A DNA stretch of 34,262 bases from Chiloscyllium plagiosum (Eukaryota): the NCBI RefSeq assembly GCF_004010195.1, contig NC_057749.1, positions 19,550,661 to 19,584,922 on the forward strand. The letters run 5' to 3'. Shown here piece after piece: positions 33,900 to 34,262 of this stretch. The notes below the pieces were generated by a model, which searched no databases, was not told the origin of the DNA, and saw only the letters and a program-made list of their open reading frames with translations. A program made the position numbers and the translations under genes. The number at the start of each line of letters is the position of its first letter. Position 1 is the stretch's first letter.

Positions 33900-34262
33900 A
33901 TTCTAACAAGGGATTCCAATTCCTTATTAAACCACGGCTCCCTCGCACGACCCTTTCCTCCCTGCCTGACAGGTACATAATTATCAAGAACACTCAATAG
34001 TTGCTCCTTGAACAAGCTCCACATATCATTTACACTCTTGCCTTGCAGTCTACTTTTCCAGGGCACACATCCTAAGTCATGCCTCACCGCATCATAATTT
34101 CCCTGACCCCAGCTATAACACTTGCCCTGTAGTACACACTTATCCCGCTCCATCACGAGAGTAAAAATCACCAAATTATGGCCACTATCCCCAAAGTGCT
34201 CACCTACCTCTAATTCTAACACCTGGCCTGGTTCGTTACCCAGAACCAAATCCAGAATGGCC
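33900..34262 (-). mobile_element. CR1 ORF2 fragment (end of endonuclease and linker), runs off the window
   Basis: VLGNEPGQV..HFGDSGHN..EPWFNKE, homologous to 30030-30370. Confidence 0.85.

Overview
This is eukaryotic, repeat-dominated DNA from a cartilaginous fish. HE1/V-SINEs with (TTAGA)n tails, HER1/CR1 LINEs and Deu-domain SINEs point to a shark; a carpet or bamboo shark is my guess only. I found no recognisable host protein-coding exon, tRNA, rRNA or CRISPR array. Nearly all listed ORFs are decayed retroelement fragments or their antisense shadows. The window holds CR1, a second CR1/L2-group LINE, L2, RTE, an L1-clade ORF2 remnant, two Penelope-like (PLE) RT/GIY-YIG remnants and several tRNA-derived SINE families, often nested. 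The most notable signal is two families of short (160-270 bp) palindromic insertions with 11-17 bp target-site duplications, a one-sided ~20-40 nt tail and hammerhead-ribozyme core motifs. Family A matches the 3' end of the PLE in this window. Also notable: an old ~240-bp inverted repeat enclosing four same-orientation short SINEs, a Deu-SINE split over 7.6 kb by two LINE insertions, and a 368-bp displaced duplication inside the L1. Family names come from recalled consensus patterns and motifs, not from database searches.
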